Shown here: piece by piece, positions 1 to 10,387 of the stretch
Layout: each line of letters starts with the position of its first letter
Position numbering within the stretch: the stretch's first letter is position 1
The notes under the pieces: model-generated
What the model was told of the DNA's origin: nothing
The model's database searches: none
What the model saw: the letters and a program-made list of their open reading frames with translations, nothing else
Origin: Betaproteobacteria bacterium
GTDB taxonomy: Bacteria > Pseudomonadota > Gammaproteobacteria > Burkholderiales > Ga0077523
Reading direction: 5' to 3'
Assembly (NCBI GenBank): GCA_025350245.1
Contig: JANXYG010000125.1
Coordinates: forward strand, 90 to 64,089
Length of the DNA stretch: 64,000 nt
Made by a program: the position numbers and the translations under genes

Positions 1-113
1 CACTCTCGTATAACTTTTTCGGCAATCCCGAATACCCCCAAGAACTGGAAAATCCCGCTACGGTTGCCCGCAGCTTCGTTTCCCTACTCCCGAAAGTACG
101 CAGTCCTGCTTCG

Positions 114-155
114 GAGTGCCCACACCTATCAGCTGTTCGAAATGTTAAAGAGCGC
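114..155 (-). promoter_or_regulatory. rRNA-operon leader antitermination elements (boxA-like and boxC-like); operon reads leftward out of the window
   Basis: The minus strand reads GCGCTCTTTAACATT, then 17 nt, then GTGTGGGCACTCCGAAG. The E. coli rrn leader as I recall it is TGCTCTTTAACAA ... GTGTGGGCACTCGAAG. It lies just downstream of a strong promoter. Confidence 0.65.
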
Positions 156-178
156 TGCCGCATCGGCAAGGAGCGCGG

Positions 179-206
179 ATTATACGTAGCGGGATTACGC
201 CGTCAA
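179..206 (-). promoter_or_regulatory. strong sigma-70 promoter of rrn P1 type
   Basis: The minus strand has TTGACG (201-206), a 16-nt spacer, TATAAT (179-184), then the GC-rich discriminator CCGCGC. An A/T-rich UP-like stretch (AAAGTATTTT) lies upstream. Confidence 0.6.
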
Positions 207-292
207 GTGCTGCGCGAAAATACTTTGCTGCAAGGCACTCGGTAGGCCTTGGAGCAGCCCGCCGGCAGGGGAGTTGGTTGAGTGTGCATACG

Positions 293-1504
293 CTACGACT
301 GCCGCAAAGTGACGGTCGCTCGCGCGAATCTGCGTTTCCCGACCTGAAGCACGACCGTCCGTCCCGTGCCGATCGAAGCGTGGCGCTCCGAAACCTTCTC
401 GCCGTCGACCCTCACTCCACCCTGAGCCATCATGCGCAACGCATCCGAGGTGCTTGCGACGAGTTGGGTTGCCTTCAGCAACTGCGCCAGTGGAATGCCG
501 CCGACGCCCGAATCGACGGAGAACGCGGGCATGTCCTCGGGTGTGTCGCCGCGGCTGAATCGCGCCTCGAAGTCCGCAATCGCGCGGGTGGCGGCGTCCG
601 GGCCATGGAAGCGGTCGACGATCTCGCTCGCGAACGCGACCTTCACGTCCTTCGGGTTGGCACCGTCCGCGACCGCGCGCCTGCTGGCGCGCACCGTTTC
701 CAGCGACTCGAACGACAACAGCTCGATGTAGCGCCACATCAGGTCGTCGGATATCGACATGAGCTTGCCGAAGATCTCGTTCGGTGCCTCCTGGATACCG
801 ACATAGTTACCAAGGGACTTGGACATCTTGTTGACCCCGTCCAGGCCTTCGAGCAGCGGCATCATCAGCACACACTGCGGCGCTTGGCCATGCTGCTTCT
901 GCAATTCCCGCCCCACCAGCAGGTTGAATTTCTGGTCGGTACCGCCGAGTTCGACATCCGCCCGCATCGCGACCGAGTCGTATCCCTGTACCAGCGGATA
1001 CAGGAACTCGTGGATCGCGATCGGCCGGTTCTCACGATAGCGTTTGCCGAAGTCATCGCGCTCGAGCATGCGCGCCACGGTATGCGACGCCGCCAACCGG
1101 ATCATGTCCGCGGCGGTTGCCGTCCCCATCCACGTCGAGTTGAAGCACACCTCGGTGCGTTCCGGATCGAGGATCTTGAAGACCTGTTCGGCGTATGACC
1201 GGGCGTTGACCGCGATCTGCTCGGGCGTCAATGGTGGTCGGGTGGCGTTCTTTCCGGTGGGGTCGCCGATCAATCCGGTGAAATCGCCGATCAGGAACAA
1301 TACATGGTGTCCGAGCTCCTGGAACTGGCGCAGCGTGTTGATCAGTACCGTGTGGCCCAGATGCAGGTCTGGTGCTGTCGGGTCGAATCCGGCCTTGATG
1401 CGCAACGGGCGGCCCGAGCAAAGTTTGTCGGTCATCTCCGACTCCACCAGCAGTTCTGTGCAGCCGCGTTTAAGGATCACGAGCTGTTCTTCGACAGGAA
1501 GCAT
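293..1504 (-). CDS. tyrS: tyrosyl-tRNA synthetase
   Basis: Class I aaRS signatures are present (DLHLGHTV as the HIGH type, KMSKSLGN), with a C-terminal S4-like tail. The start is trimmed to ATG 1504 (MLPVEEQL), giving about 403 aa. Confidence 0.9.
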   Translation of the reverse strand: MLPVEEQLVILKRGCTELLVESEMTDKLCSGRPLRIKAGFDPTAPDLHLGHTVLINTLRQFQELGHHVLFLIGDFTGLIGDPTGKNATRPPLTPEQIAVNARSYAEQVFKILDPERTEVCFNSTWMGTATAADMIRLAASHTVARMLERDDFGKRYRENRPIAIHEFLYPLVQGYDSVAMRADVELGGTDQKFNLLVGRELQKQHGQAPQCVLMMPLLEGLDGVNKMSKSLGNYVGIQEAPNEIFGKLMSISDDLMWRYIELLSFESLETVRASRRAVADGANPKDVKVAFASEIVDRFHGPDAATRAIADFEARFSRGDTPEDMPAFSVDSGVGGIPLAQLLKATQLVASTSDALRMMAQGGVRVDGEKVSERHASIGTGRTVVLQVGKRRFARATVTLRQS

Positions 1505-1644
1505 ATTTGGCCGGGTTGGAATGAGTATGGATTGGTGCGCTGCGGCGCATATCGCCACTGTCCGGGATACCCGCGTATCGGGCCGAGCCAGAAGCCACTG
1601 TTTCTGTTAACATTTACATCCCGATATTAACAGTGACCTGCGGC

Positions 1645-2979
1645 ATGCACTCGCCCGTCGAACCCTCGGAGCCTAGCGGCGAACGGCATTTCATGGTGCC
1701 GATGCGCCCGTCGAGACCAAACCCCTGGCTGTTTGTCGGTGCTCTGTTCGGTATGGGCGCGGTCGTCGGCGCCTTCGCTGTCGCCCCATCCACGGTTACC
1801 GAGCAGGTCGCCCAGCGCAGCGTGACGGCTTCAGTCATCGTTACGCCGCAGACTGTTGCGGCAGCAGTGTCCGACGCAACATTCTGGCGAGAAGATCGGG
1901 TTCTTCGGGGCGACACGCTCGCCGCCATTCTCGCGCGGCTCGATGTGGATGAGGCTCGCGCCAAGGCGTTTGCTGCCGCCCATGGCGCGTCGTTGGGTCG
2001 GCGCCAATTGCTGCCGGGGCGTACGGTCAAGGCGCGGATCGACCGTGACGGGCAATTATCCGAACTCCGGGTCATGGGCAACACCGAGTGGACGGTATTC
2101 ACCGAAGATGGCGCGGCATTCACGAGCACCCGGCAACCGGTCACGGTCGAACGCCGTACGCTCATGAAGTCCGGGATGATCGAGACCTCGTTGTTCGCGG
2201 CGATGGATGCGGCCGGATTGCCGGATACCAGCGCCGTACAACTGGCGGATATCTTCGGCGGCGAGATCGACTTCCATCGCGACCTGCGTCGCGGCGATCG
2301 CTTTTCGGTGATCTACGAATCGCCCACGGGTGCCGACGGCGAGGTCGTGGGCCCTGGACGTATCCTGGCGGCCGAGTTCGTGAACCAGGGCAGAGTTCAC
2401 CAGGCGCTCTACTTCGACGACCCCTCCGGACACGGGAGTTACTTCACGCCCGACGGACACAACCTGCGCCGCTCGTTCTTGCGTTCGCCACTCGAATTTT
2501 CCCGCGTCACGTCGGGATTCAGCACAGCCCGCCTGCACCCCGTTCTCGGCACGTGGATCGCACACAAGGGGATCGACTATGGCGCCCCTACCGGTACGCG
2601 CATTCGTAGCGCCGCGGACGGCATCGTCGAGTTCGCGGGCCGCAAGAACGGCTACGGCAATGTCATCGTGATCAGGCACGGTGGCAACATTGAAACCCTC
2701 TATGGCCACATGGCTGGTTTTGCCCCGGGCCTTCGCATCGGCATTCATGTGGAGCAAGGGGATCCGATCGGGTACGTTGGCATGTCCGGCATGGCCACCG
2801 GCCCCCACCTGCACTACGAGTTCCATGTGAATGGCGCCTACGTCGACCCGCTCCGGCATGTCGCGGCGGCCACGCCGCCGATAGGCGTCCAGTTGCGACC
2901 CGTGTTCGCTCGAAGCACCGACCCGTTGCTCGCCGACCTTCATCGACTGCGGAACACCCGCCTGGCAGTGCTCGAATAG
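1645..2979 (+). CDS. M23/LytM-family murein endopeptidase, membrane anchored
   Basis: C-terminal catalytic motifs are HKGIDYGAPTGT and GPHLHYEFHVNG, and there is an N-terminal hydrophobic anchor. The start is ambiguous (GTG 1633, ATG 1645, 1693 or 1702). Confidence 0.85.
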   Translation: MHSPVEPSEPSGERHFMVPMRPSRPNPWLFVGALFGMGAVVGAFAVAPSTVTEQVAQRSVTASVIVTPQTVAAAVSDATFWREDRVLRGDTLAAILARLDVDEARAKAFAAAHGASLGRRQLLPGRTVKARIDRDGQLSELRVMGNTEWTVFTEDGAAFTSTRQPVTVERRTLMKSGMIETSLFAAMDAAGLPDTSAVQLADIFGGEIDFHRDLRRGDRFSVIYESPTGADGEVVGPGRILAAEFVNQGRVHQALYFDDPSGHGSYFTPDGHNLRRSFLRSPLEFSRVTSGFSTARLHPVLGTWIAHKGIDYGAPTGTRIRSAADGIVEFAGRKNGYGNVIVIRHGGNIETLYGHMAGFAPGLRIGIHVEQGDPIGYVGMSGMATGPHLHYEFHVNGAYVDPLRHVAAATPPIGVQLRPVFARSTDPLLADLHRLRNTRLAVLE

Positions 2980-3020
2980 TGCCATTGGTTCGACGCGGGC
3001 CCGCCAACGCGGCGCCTGTC

Positions 3021-4127
3021 ATGTCGACAGGGGCTCCGCGGTTTTATGCAGGCCTGATGTCGGGTACCAGTGTCGATGGCGTGGACGCGGCCCTCTGCGA
3101 ATGGCCGGACCACGGCAGGCTCAGCCTGATCGGCACGCACTACCAGCCGTTTTCGGATGGCCTTCGCGAACGCCTGCTGACATTGTGCGCGCCCAGCCAC
3201 AATGAACTTGAGGTCGCCGGTGCCTGCGGGCGCGAAATAGCGAGCGAGTATGCGAATGCGACGGCGGCGCTGCTCACCGCAGCCCGGGTAGGGCCGGACG
3301 CGGTTCGGGCGATCGGGTGCCACGGGCAGACCGTCCGGCATCGTCCGGAAGCCGGCTTCTCGATTCAGGTTGTCAATCCGGCTCTGCTGGCCGAACTCGC
3401 GGGCATCGACGTCATCGCCGATTTCAGGAATCGCGACCTGGCCGCAGGCGGCCAGGGAGCGCCGCTCGTGCCGGCTTTTCACGCGGCAGCCTTCGGTCGC
3501 ACCGGGAAGCATCGTGTGGTGGTCAACATCGGCGGCTTCGCCAACATCACCGACCTGCCGTCTGCTGGCGTCGTCCGCGGCTTCGACACCGGGCCGGGAA
3601 ACGCGCTGCTCGACCTGTGGATACATCGTCACCGGGGCGCGCGGTACGACGACAAGGGCGCGTTGGCCGCCTCGGGCACCCTGTTGCCGCGACTACTCGA
3701 GCGGTTGCTTGCCGATCCCTATTTCTCTCTCGCTCCGCCGAAAAGCACGGGACGGGAGTATTTCAACGGCGGCTGGCTAGATCGGCATCTCCTGGGAGAG
3801 GAAGCCCCAGCCGACGTACAAACCACGCTGGCAGCGTTGACGACGGAGACCATCGCCCGCTCGATAGACACATACTGCCCGGGGGCGCAGGAGATCCTGG
3901 TCTGTGGCGGCGGCGTCCGCAACGACGACTTGATGCAACGCCTGTGTGCACGGCTCGCGCCTGTTGGCGTCGATAGCACCGCCGCGTGCGGAATCGATCC
4001 CGATTGGGTCGAAGCCGTTGCCTTCGCGTGGCTGGCGCGCCAGTGGGTCCTGCGGTTACCTGGAAATGTCGCCGAGGTCACCGGCGCCAAAGGACCGCGG
4101 GTACTGGGCGCTTGCTACCCGGCTTAG
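3021..4127 (+). CDS. anmK: anhydro-N-acetylmuramic acid kinase
   Basis: It has the N-terminal YAGLMSGTSVDGVD signature and is about 368 aa. ATG 3021 is preferred over GTG 2979. Confidence 0.85.
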   Translation: MSTGAPRFYAGLMSGTSVDGVDAALCEWPDHGRLSLIGTHYQPFSDGLRERLLTLCAPSHNELEVAGACGREIASEYANATAALLTAARVGPDAVRAIGCHGQTVRHRPEAGFSIQVVNPALLAELAGIDVIADFRNRDLAAGGQGAPLVPAFHAAAFGRTGKHRVVVNIGGFANITDLPSAGVVRGFDTGPGNALLDLWIHRHRGARYDDKGALAASGTLLPRLLERLLADPYFSLAPPKSTGREYFNGGWLDRHLLGEEAPADVQTTLAALTTETIARSIDTYCPGAQEILVCGGGVRNDDLMQRLCARLAPVGVDSTAACGIDPDWVEAVAFAWLARQWVLRLPGNVAEVTGAKGPRVLGACYPA

Positions 4128-4146
4128 GTATCCTGGCGGCGAACTG

Positions 4147-4497
4147 CTAGGCCGAGAACGAGGAGCCGCACCCGCAGGTGGAAGTGGCATTGGGATTCTT
4201 GATGACGAACTGAGCGCCTTCGACGCTTTCCTGGTAATCGATCTCGGCGCCGATCAGGTATTGGTAACTCATCGGGTCGACCAGCAGCGTGACGCCGTTT
4301 TTCTCCATCGCGGTATCGTCCTGCTGAACCTCGTCTTCGAACGTGAAGCCGTACTGGAAGCCGGAACACCCGCCACCAGTGACGAACACGCGAAGTTTCA
4401 ACTCGGGGTTTCCTTCCTCATCGATCAACTGTCTTACCTTGCCCGCGGCATTGTCGGTAAACAGGATCGGGGTAGGCCGTTCAGCGACTGCGTTCAT
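4147..4497 (-). CDS. erpA: A-type iron-sulfur cluster insertion protein
   Basis: This is a 116-aa IscA/HesB-type protein ending in the cysteine ligand motif CGCGSSF. Confidence 0.9.
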   Translation of the reverse strand: MNAVAERPTPILFTDNAAGKVRQLIDEEGNPELKLRVFVTGGGCSGFQYGFTFEDEVQQDDTAMEKNGVTLLVDPMSYQYLIGAEIDYQESVEGAQFVIKNPNATSTCGCGSSFSA

Positions 4498-4552
4498 ACG
4501 GTTCTCCTCGAATACTTCAGTGGCGCATTATGTTGGGGCAGTACGCCCGGGG

Positions 4553-4963
4553 TCAATCGCTGGCGACTGCGGCCTTCAGCGCGAGCACGTTGCCCAGTCC
4601 GGCCGGCTCACGATGCACCAGACGGCCCTGAACCACTGCGCCGAGGTGTATTTCGAGGCTCCGATAATAAACATCCCCGGTAACCCTGGCCTTGGCCTGC
4701 AACTCGACGTATTCACCCGCATGAACGGCACCGAGGACGGTACCGTTGAGAACGGCATGTGACACCCGGATCTCGCCCTCGATGCAAGCCAGCTCCGACA
4801 GCACGAGAGTTCCCGCCTGGTCTCCCGTGGCGGTGACATTGCCTTTGACGACGCCGTCGACCCGGAGCCCACCGGTAAAGCCGACGTCGCCTTCAACCAC
4901 CGCACCCACCCCGATAAGACTGTCGATCCTGCCTGAAGGCTTGGGCACCTTGTTTCCGAACAT
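4553..4963 (-). CDS. bactofilin (polymer-forming cytoskeletal protein)
   Basis: The 136-aa product has repeated beta-helix-type G/V turns (IGVGAVVEGDVGFTGGLRVDGVVKGNV, GEIRV, GDVYY). Confidence 0.75.
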   Translation of the reverse strand: MFGNKVPKPSGRIDSLIGVGAVVEGDVGFTGGLRVDGVVKGNVTATGDQAGTLVLSELACIEGEIRVSHAVLNGTVLGAVHAGEYVELQAKARVTGDVYYRSLEIHLGAVVQGRLVHREPAGLGNVLALKAAVASD

Positions 4964-4981
4964 TGCCGCCTCCCCCGCCGG

Positions 4982-5716
4982 TCAGAAGTTGAAGGTCCGC
5001 GAAGACCTCGCGGAGGAAACGCCCTGCTCCATGACCAACACCTCGACCCGCTTGACGACAGCACCAGAGGGAATCCGGAAACCACCTTCGACCCGCTGGA
5101 AGAACCGGAACTCCAGGGCAAGCCGGGCCGGATTTTCGCCCGGTGGCGGCACCGGCACCCTCTTCCGGACACCATCTTGCTCCACCTCCACCGTGAGCTG
5201 CAATCGCCCCTTGAAATCGTGCCCCCTTTCACGCGGCTGAACCACCAGCAGGCGAAACCGCTCGTCGCCATCCAGCAAGCCTGGCTCCATCTCGAACCGG
5301 TTCACGGTAACGCCACCGTCGCCCGGATGCGGTGCCATCGACTGAAAGAACGCAAGATCTTCGCGCAGCAAAGCATTCTCCGCGGCAATGGCGCGCCCTT
5401 GCCGGGCGACGCTGTCGTGGGTGGCGGCTTCGATCTGGATTTGCCGCTCGCCGCCGGCCACGGTTTCCCGCAACCGCCGGTTTTCTTCATCGAGCACCTC
5501 GATACGCGCGCGAAGCCGCTGCGATTCCGTGATCGCTTCAGTTTCGCCGGCCGCGCCGGTCTCGGTGTGGCGCAGTGCCCATGCCGCCAGCGATAACGCC
5601 AGGACCAGGATTGCCGCAGCCATGAGCAGCCAGTACCAGGGAAGCTGAATACGAACGGCAACCCTCGGCGCCGAGATGCCGAAACGGCGGCGCATCGCCC
5701 GCAGGACTGTCGTCAC
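4982..5716 (-). CDS. hypothetical bitopic membrane protein with coiled-coil-like segment
   Basis: The 244-aa product has a TM segment ([24 protein letters not shown]) followed by an Arg/Glu-rich helical region. Its GTG start overlaps the argC stop (GTGA). The family was not recognised. Confidence 0.55.
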   Translation of the reverse strand: MTTVLRAMRRRFGISAPRVAVRIQLPWYWLLMAAAILVLALSLAAWALRHTETGAAGETEAITESQRLRARIEVLDEENRRLRETVAGGERQIQIEAATHDSVARQGRAIAAENALLREDLAFFQSMAPHPGDGGVTVNRFEMEPGLLDGDERFRLLVVQPRERGHDFKGRLQLTVEVEQDGVRKRVPVPPPGENPARLALEFRFFQRVEGGFRIPSGAVVKRVEVLVMEQGVSSARSSRTFNF

Positions 5717-6741
5717 GGCGAGAGTGGCACCTGATCCAGCCCGGTGGCTTCCGGCAGACCGAACATGATATTCATGTTCTGGACGGCCTGTCCGGCCGCC
5801 CCCTTGACCAGATTGTCGATGACCGACAGGACCACGACGACATCCCCGCCACCCGGTCGGTGCACGGCGAGGCGGCAGATGTTCGCGCCCCGGACCGAAC
5901 GTGTTTCCGGGTGACTGCCCGGCGGCATCACATCGACGAACGGTTCAGCGGCATAGCGCGCCTCGAACAACGCCTGCAAGTCGGTGCTGCGTGTCAGCCG
6001 GGCGTAGAGCGTGGCGTGGATTCCGCGAATCATGGGTACCAGATGCGGGGTGAACGTGAGCCCCACCGGGCCACCGGCAGCAACCCCGAGACCCTGGCGA
6101 ATCTCCGGCAGATGGCGATGGCCTGATACACCGTAAGCCTTGAAGCTGTCGGCCGCTTCGGCCAGCAGGACGCTCAGCTCCGCCTTGCGCCCGGCACCGC
6201 TGACGCCGGATTTCGCGTCCGCGATGAGAGAGCCGAGTTCCACGTGGCCACCTTCCAGCAGTGGCAAGAAACCGAGCTGTACGGCGGTCGGGTAACAACC
6301 GGGATTGGCGACGATCCGGGCAGCGCGAATGCGTTCACGGTTGACTTCCGGCAATCCGTACACGGCGGTATCCAGCAGATCGGGGCACGCATGCGGCATG
6401 CCGTACCAGCGCTCCCACTCCGAGTGATCACGCAAGCGAAAATCGGCGGCCAGATCGATGATACGCACCCCGCGCTCCAGGAGCTCACGCGCCTGGGTCA
6501 TCGCGATGCCATTGGGTGTGGCGAAGAACACCAGATCGCAACCGCTCAGTCCGGCGTCGGCCGGATCGCAGAACCGCAGACCGATGCGCCCGCGAAGACT
6601 GGGAAACAGTTCTGCGACAGCCGTCCCGGCTTCGCCTCGCGACGTGATGGCTGCCAGCTCCACGCCCGGATGGCGGCAGAGAATCCGTAGCAATTCGACC
6701 CCGGTGTAGCCCGTTCCGCCGACAATTCCGACCGATATCAT
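5713..6741 (-). CDS. argC: N-acetyl-gamma-glutamyl-phosphate reductase
   Basis: It has the [17 protein letters not shown]-binding N-terminus and the catalytic Cys region ANPGCYPT. The start is trimmed to ATG 6741 (MISVGIVGG). Confidence 0.9.
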   Translation of the reverse strand: MISVGIVGGTGYTGVELLRILCRHPGVELAAITSRGEAGTAVAELFPSLRGRIGLRFCDPADAGLSGCDLVFFATPNGIAMTQARELLERGVRIIDLAADFRLRDHSEWERWYGMPHACPDLLDTAVYGLPEVNRERIRAARIVANPGCYPTAVQLGFLPLLEGGHVELGSLIADAKSGVSGAGRKAELSVLLAEAADSFKAYGVSGHRHLPEIRQGLGVAAGGPVGLTFTPHLVPMIRGIHATLYARLTRSTDLQALFEARYAAEPFVDVMPPGSHPETRSVRGANICRLAVHRPGGGDVVVVLSVIDNLVKGAAGQAVQNMNIMFGLPEATGLDQVPLSP

Positions 6742-6790
6742 GCCCGACTCCCGATCTGCATACTGTCTGTCCGGTCGTTGAAGAAGAACC

Positions 6791-6821
6791 AAAAAAAAGC
6801 CGCCCAAAGGCGGCCTTTTTT
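6791..6821. terminator. bidirectional intrinsic terminator downstream of rpsI
   Basis: The hairpin GCCGCC-CAAA-GGCGGC is flanked by A8 on the left and a T-run on the right. Confidence 0.8.
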
Positions 6822-6835
6822 CCGATACCGGCCCT

Positions 6836-7228
6836 CTATCGCTTCGAGAACTGCTTCCGGCGGCGTGCCTTGTGAAAACCCACCTTCTTGCGCTCGACTT
6901 CACGTGCGTCCCGGGTGATGAGTCCGGCCTTGCGCAACGTCGGCTTCAGCGACTCATCATAATTCACCAACGCGCGGGCAATGCCATGGCGAACAGCCCC
7001 GGCCTGCCCGGACTCGCCACCGCCGGTCACGTTGACCATGATGTCGAAGGTGGTGGAGTGCCCCGTCAATTCGAGTGCCTGCCGAACTACCATCCGACCG
7101 GTTTCGCGCGAGAAAAACACGTCGACCGGCTTGCCGTTGACTTGAAACCCGCCATTGCCGGGCTTCATGAACACGCGGGCAACCGCGCTTTTGCGTCGGC
7201 CGGTACCGTAATTATATTGGACTGCCAT
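6836..7228 (-). CDS. rpsI: 30S ribosomal protein S9
   Basis: The 130-aa product runs [20 protein letters not shown] ... [11 protein letters not shown]. Confidence 0.95.
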   Translation of the reverse strand: MAVQYNYGTGRRKSAVARVFMKPGNGGFQVNGKPVDVFFSRETGRMVVRQALELTGHSTTFDIMVNVTGGGESGQAGAVRHGIARALVNYDESLKPTLRKAGLITRDAREVERKKVGFHKARRRKQFSKR

Positions 7229-7242
7229 GAGTCGATGGCCTT

Positions 7243-7671
7243 TCAGATGGACAGCGGTTGCGGCTGTTGCGCTGCGTGGGGGTGTTCCGCGCCAGCGTAA
7301 ACCTTGAGTTTCTTCAACATCGCATAGCCCAGCGGGCCCTTCGGCAGCATTCCCTTCACGGCGATCTCGAATGCCCGGCCGGGAAAACGCGCATGCATTT
7401 TTTCATAGGTCATCGAAGAAATGCCGCCCGGGTAGCCACTGTGCCGGTAGTAGGTTTTCTGCTGCGCCTTGTTGCCGGTCACGCGCAACTTGTCGACATT
7501 GACCACGACGATGAAATCGCCGGTATCGACGTGCGGCGTGAAAATCGGCTTGTGCTTGCCACGAAGGCGAAGCGCAACCTCGGTGGCAATGCGGCCAAGT
7601 ACCCGGTCGGACGCATCGACGAGGTACCAGGCCCGGGTGATCTCAAGCGGCTTGGCGGAAAAAGTCTTCAT
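7243..7671 (-). CDS. rplM: 50S ribosomal protein L13
   Basis: The product is 142 aa from ATG 7671 ([20 protein letters not shown]). The longer ORF extension lacks support. Confidence 0.95.
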   Translation of the reverse strand: MKTFSAKPLEITRAWYLVDASDRVLGRIATEVALRLRGKHKPIFTPHVDTGDFIVVVNVDKLRVTGNKAQQKTYYRHSGYPGGISSMTYEKMHARFPGRAFEIAVKGMLPKGPLGYAMLKKLKVYAGAEHPHAAQQPQPLSI

Positions 7672-7850
7672 GATGGTACGGTTGTAAAACCGCAAGTGAG
7701 TTCGAGAAAGCCGTAAATGGTAGGTGAAACCAGAAGCCGATGTCAAACCCAATGATCTTCGCTGCCTGAAGTTCTTTACCGGCCAGGGCTTCAGAGGCTA
7801 CCCTAGCTGTCCTTCAGCAGGCACGCAACGCCTGCGTGTTTCCGATTCCA

Positions 7851-9023
7851 ATGCGCAAGCTCTGGTTGATCTTTGCTCAGACGGTCACTGTGTCGCTCGG
7901 CGTTGTCTTCGTCGTCTCCACCCTGCGGCCGGATCTACTGTCCTTTACAGGACGGACCGGGAACACCGTGACGGTCCGCGAAGTGTCGCGGGCAACCCTG
8001 GTGGCCCCGCATATCGATGGCATCACTTCCTTTAGTGTCGCGTCACGGAAGGCGATGGCGTCGGTGGTCAATATCTTCACCAGCGGCGAGATCCGGACGC
8101 CGAAGATCCCCTTCAGGTCCGATCCCCTGTTCCGGCGCTTCTTCGGCGAACAGCCCGACGGTGAACCCCAGCGCACATCCAGCCTGGGGTCCGGCGTCAT
8201 CGTCGGCGCGGAAGGCTTCATCGTCACCAATCATCACGTGATCGAGAACGCCGATCAGATCGAGGTATCGATTGCTGACGGACGCCAGTTACGAGCGAAG
8301 GTGGTCGGGACCGACCCCGACACCGACATCGCGGTGCTCAAGGTGGATGCCCACGACCTGCCGGCGATCACTTTCAGCCGGCCGGACAGCCTCACGGTCG
8401 GTGACGTCGTGCTGGCGATCGGCAACCCATTCGGCGTTGGCCAGACGGTGACGATGGGGATCGTCAGTGCGCTGGGGCGCAGCCACCTGAACATCAACAC
8501 GTTCGAGAATTTCATCCAGACCGACGCGGCCATCAACCCCGGCAACTCGGGGGGGGCGCTGGTCGACTCCAATGGCAATCTGGTGGGCATCAATAGCGCC
8601 ATCTTTTCCCCGTCTGGTGGCAGCCTGGGCATCGGCTTCGCGATTCCGGTGAGCATTTCCCGTCAGGTACTCGACCAGATCATCGCCACCGGGTCGGTCA
8701 CCCGTGGCTGGATCGGGGTCGAGGTACAGGACCTGACGCCCGACCTGGCCGACTCCTTCAAGCTGCCCGACACCAAGGGAACGCTCATTGCCGATGTGCA
8801 GCGGAACTCCCCGGCGGACCATGGGGGCATCAGGATTGGCGACATCCTGGTCGGGGTCGACAACCAGTCAGTGGCCGACTCGTCGTCGATGCTGAACCTG
8901 ATCGCGGCCCTTCAGCCAGGCAAACCTGCGTCGCTGACGATGATCCGGGGCGGCAAACGTATCGAGGTGCGAGTGAACGTAGGCAAGCGCCCACGCTTGC
9001 CCAGGCGCGAAGCCAACGAGTGA
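7851..9023 (+). CDS. DegS/AlgW-type HtrA serine protease (one PDZ domain)
   Basis: It has the catalytic Ser motif GNSGGAL, a His region TNHHV and an Asp region DIAVLK. It also has an N-terminal TM anchor and a single C-terminal PDZ. ATG 7851 is preferred over GTG 7836. Confidence 0.85.
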   Translation: MRKLWLIFAQTVTVSLGVVFVVSTLRPDLLSFTGRTGNTVTVREVSRATLVAPHIDGITSFSVASRKAMASVVNIFTSGEIRTPKIPFRSDPLFRRFFGEQPDGEPQRTSSLGSGVIVGAEGFIVTNHHVIENADQIEVSIADGRQLRAKVVGTDPDTDIAVLKVDAHDLPAITFSRPDSLTVGDVVLAIGNPFGVGQTVTMGIVSALGRSHLNINTFENFIQTDAAINPGNSGGALVDSNGNLVGINSAIFSPSGGSLGIGFAIPVSISRQVLDQIIATGSVTRGWIGVEVQDLTPDLADSFKLPDTKGTLIADVQRNSPADHGGIRIGDILVGVDNQSVADSSSMLNLIAALQPGKPASLTMIRGGKRIEVRVNVGKRPRLPRREANE

Positions 9024-9064
9024 TGGCATGGTCGAGCGATCGGCGCCAACCGCCAGGACGAGAG

Positions 9065-9090
9065 GCCTGACCAGGGGCCCCTGGTCAGGC
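9065..9090. terminator. perfect 26-nt palindrome between convergent genes (possible hairpin terminator, no U-tract)
   Basis: The palindrome GCCTGACCAGGGG/CCCCTGGTCAGGC covers the tatC stop codon (9085-9087). Confidence 0.35.
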
Positions 9091-9831
9091 TTCCGAACTC
9101 GCCGAGGACTGGTCCGGTTTCCGTTTGCTGATCATGGCCGCGACGATGATGCCGCTTTCGTACAACACCAGAATCGGCACCGCCAGCATCACCTGCGAAA
9201 GCACGTCCGGCGGGGTCACCACCGCCGCCACGATGAACGCACCGACAATCACGTAGGGTCGTATCTCGCGCAGTTTCGCTACCGTCACGAAGCCCATGCG
9301 CACCAGCAGGATCACCACGATCGGCACTTCGAACGTCACGCCGAAGGCGAGAAACATCCCGATCACGAAGTTGAAGTAGTTCTCGATGTCGGGAGCAACC
9401 GTGATGCTCGCCGGCGCGATGCTGTAGATGAACTTGAACACGACGCCGAACACAAAAAAGTAGCAGAACCCGACACCGGCAAAGAACAGCAGCGTGCTCG
9501 CGGCTACCAACGGTAGGATGAACCGCTTTTCGTGCAGGTACAGGCCGGGTGCGACGAACGCCCACACCTGGTAAAGCAGGTACGGCAGCGCGATCGCAAC
9601 CGCCGCGAGCATCGCGACCTTTACCGGGATCAGGAACGGCGTCGTCACGCCGGTCGCCAGCATCCGCGTGCCCTCCGGCAGTGCGCGCATCATCGGGTGG
9701 GCGAACAGATCGAACAGGTTCGAGGCCCATGGAAACAGGCAGACGAAGATGATGATCACGACGACCAGCATCCTCACCAGGCGGTCGCGCAGTTCGACCA
9801 GATGGGAGAGGAACGAGTCTGGTTCGCTCAT
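9085..9831 (-). CDS. tatC: twin-arginine translocase subunit TatC
   Basis: The 248-aa polytopic protein has the N-terminus SFLSHLVELRDRL typical of TatC and follows tatA-tatB. Confidence 0.9.
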   Translation of the reverse strand: MSEPDSFLSHLVELRDRLVRMLVVVIIIFVCLFPWASNLFDLFAHPMMRALPEGTRMLATGVTTPFLIPVKVAMLAAVAIALPYLLYQVWAFVAPGLYLHEKRFILPLVAASTLLFFAGVGFCYFFVFGVVFKFIYSIAPASITVAPDIENYFNFVIGMFLAFGVTFEVPIVVILLVRMGFVTVAKLREIRPYVIVGAFIVAAVVTPPDVLSQVMLAVPILVLYESGIIVAAMISKRKPDQSSASSEA

Positions 9832-9876
9832 GCGGAGATTCGGCGGACGTTCAGCGCAGCGCGCGGCCGAGGCCGC

Positions 9877-10356
9877 TCAGACAACGTGCGGCACCGCGGT
9901 CTCTCGACCCGCAGCCGCCACCGGATCGCCGGCATTGGCGAGGCCCAGCTCGAGTTGCGGGGACGGCTCCACAGCGTCGGTCTCGACGAGAGCAGGAGAT
10001 TCCGCCGCGGTGGCACTTTCTGCAGCGGCCCCGGTAGAACCGAAGTGCACCATCGGGTTCGACAGGCGATTGAACTCATCTTCGGTCTTGTGGATTTCGT
10101 CCCTGATATCGCTGGTGTGGGTGTTCATTGCCTGCTGCATCGAGCTGGCGGCATCCTGGACCGAGTTCTTGAGGTCGCGCAACTCGGAAGCATCCATTTC
10201 ACGATTGATGTCGGCCTTGACGTCGTTCACGTAGCGCTGCATGCGCCCGAACAGGAGCCCGGCGGTTCGTGCCACCTTGGGCAGGCGTTCAGGCCCGATC
10301 ACGACGAGCGCAACCACGCCGATCACGACCATCTCGGAGAAACCGATATCGAACAC
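9877..10356 (-). CDS. tatB: twin-arginine translocase subunit TatB
   Basis: A GTG start at 10356 gives the canonical N-terminus (M)FDIGFSEMVVIGVVALVVIGPERLPK. The longer ORF extension was rejected. Confidence 0.85.
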   Translation of the reverse strand: MFDIGFSEMVVIGVVALVVIGPERLPKVARTAGLLFGRMQRYVNDVKADINREMDASELRDLKNSVQDAASSMQQAMNTHTSDIRDEIHKTEDEFNRLSNPMVHFGSTGAAAESATAAESPALVETDAVEPSPQLELGLANAGDPVAAAGRETAVPHVV

Positions 10357-10387
10357 GGTGATCAGCGCTGCGACGGGGATCGAGGCG

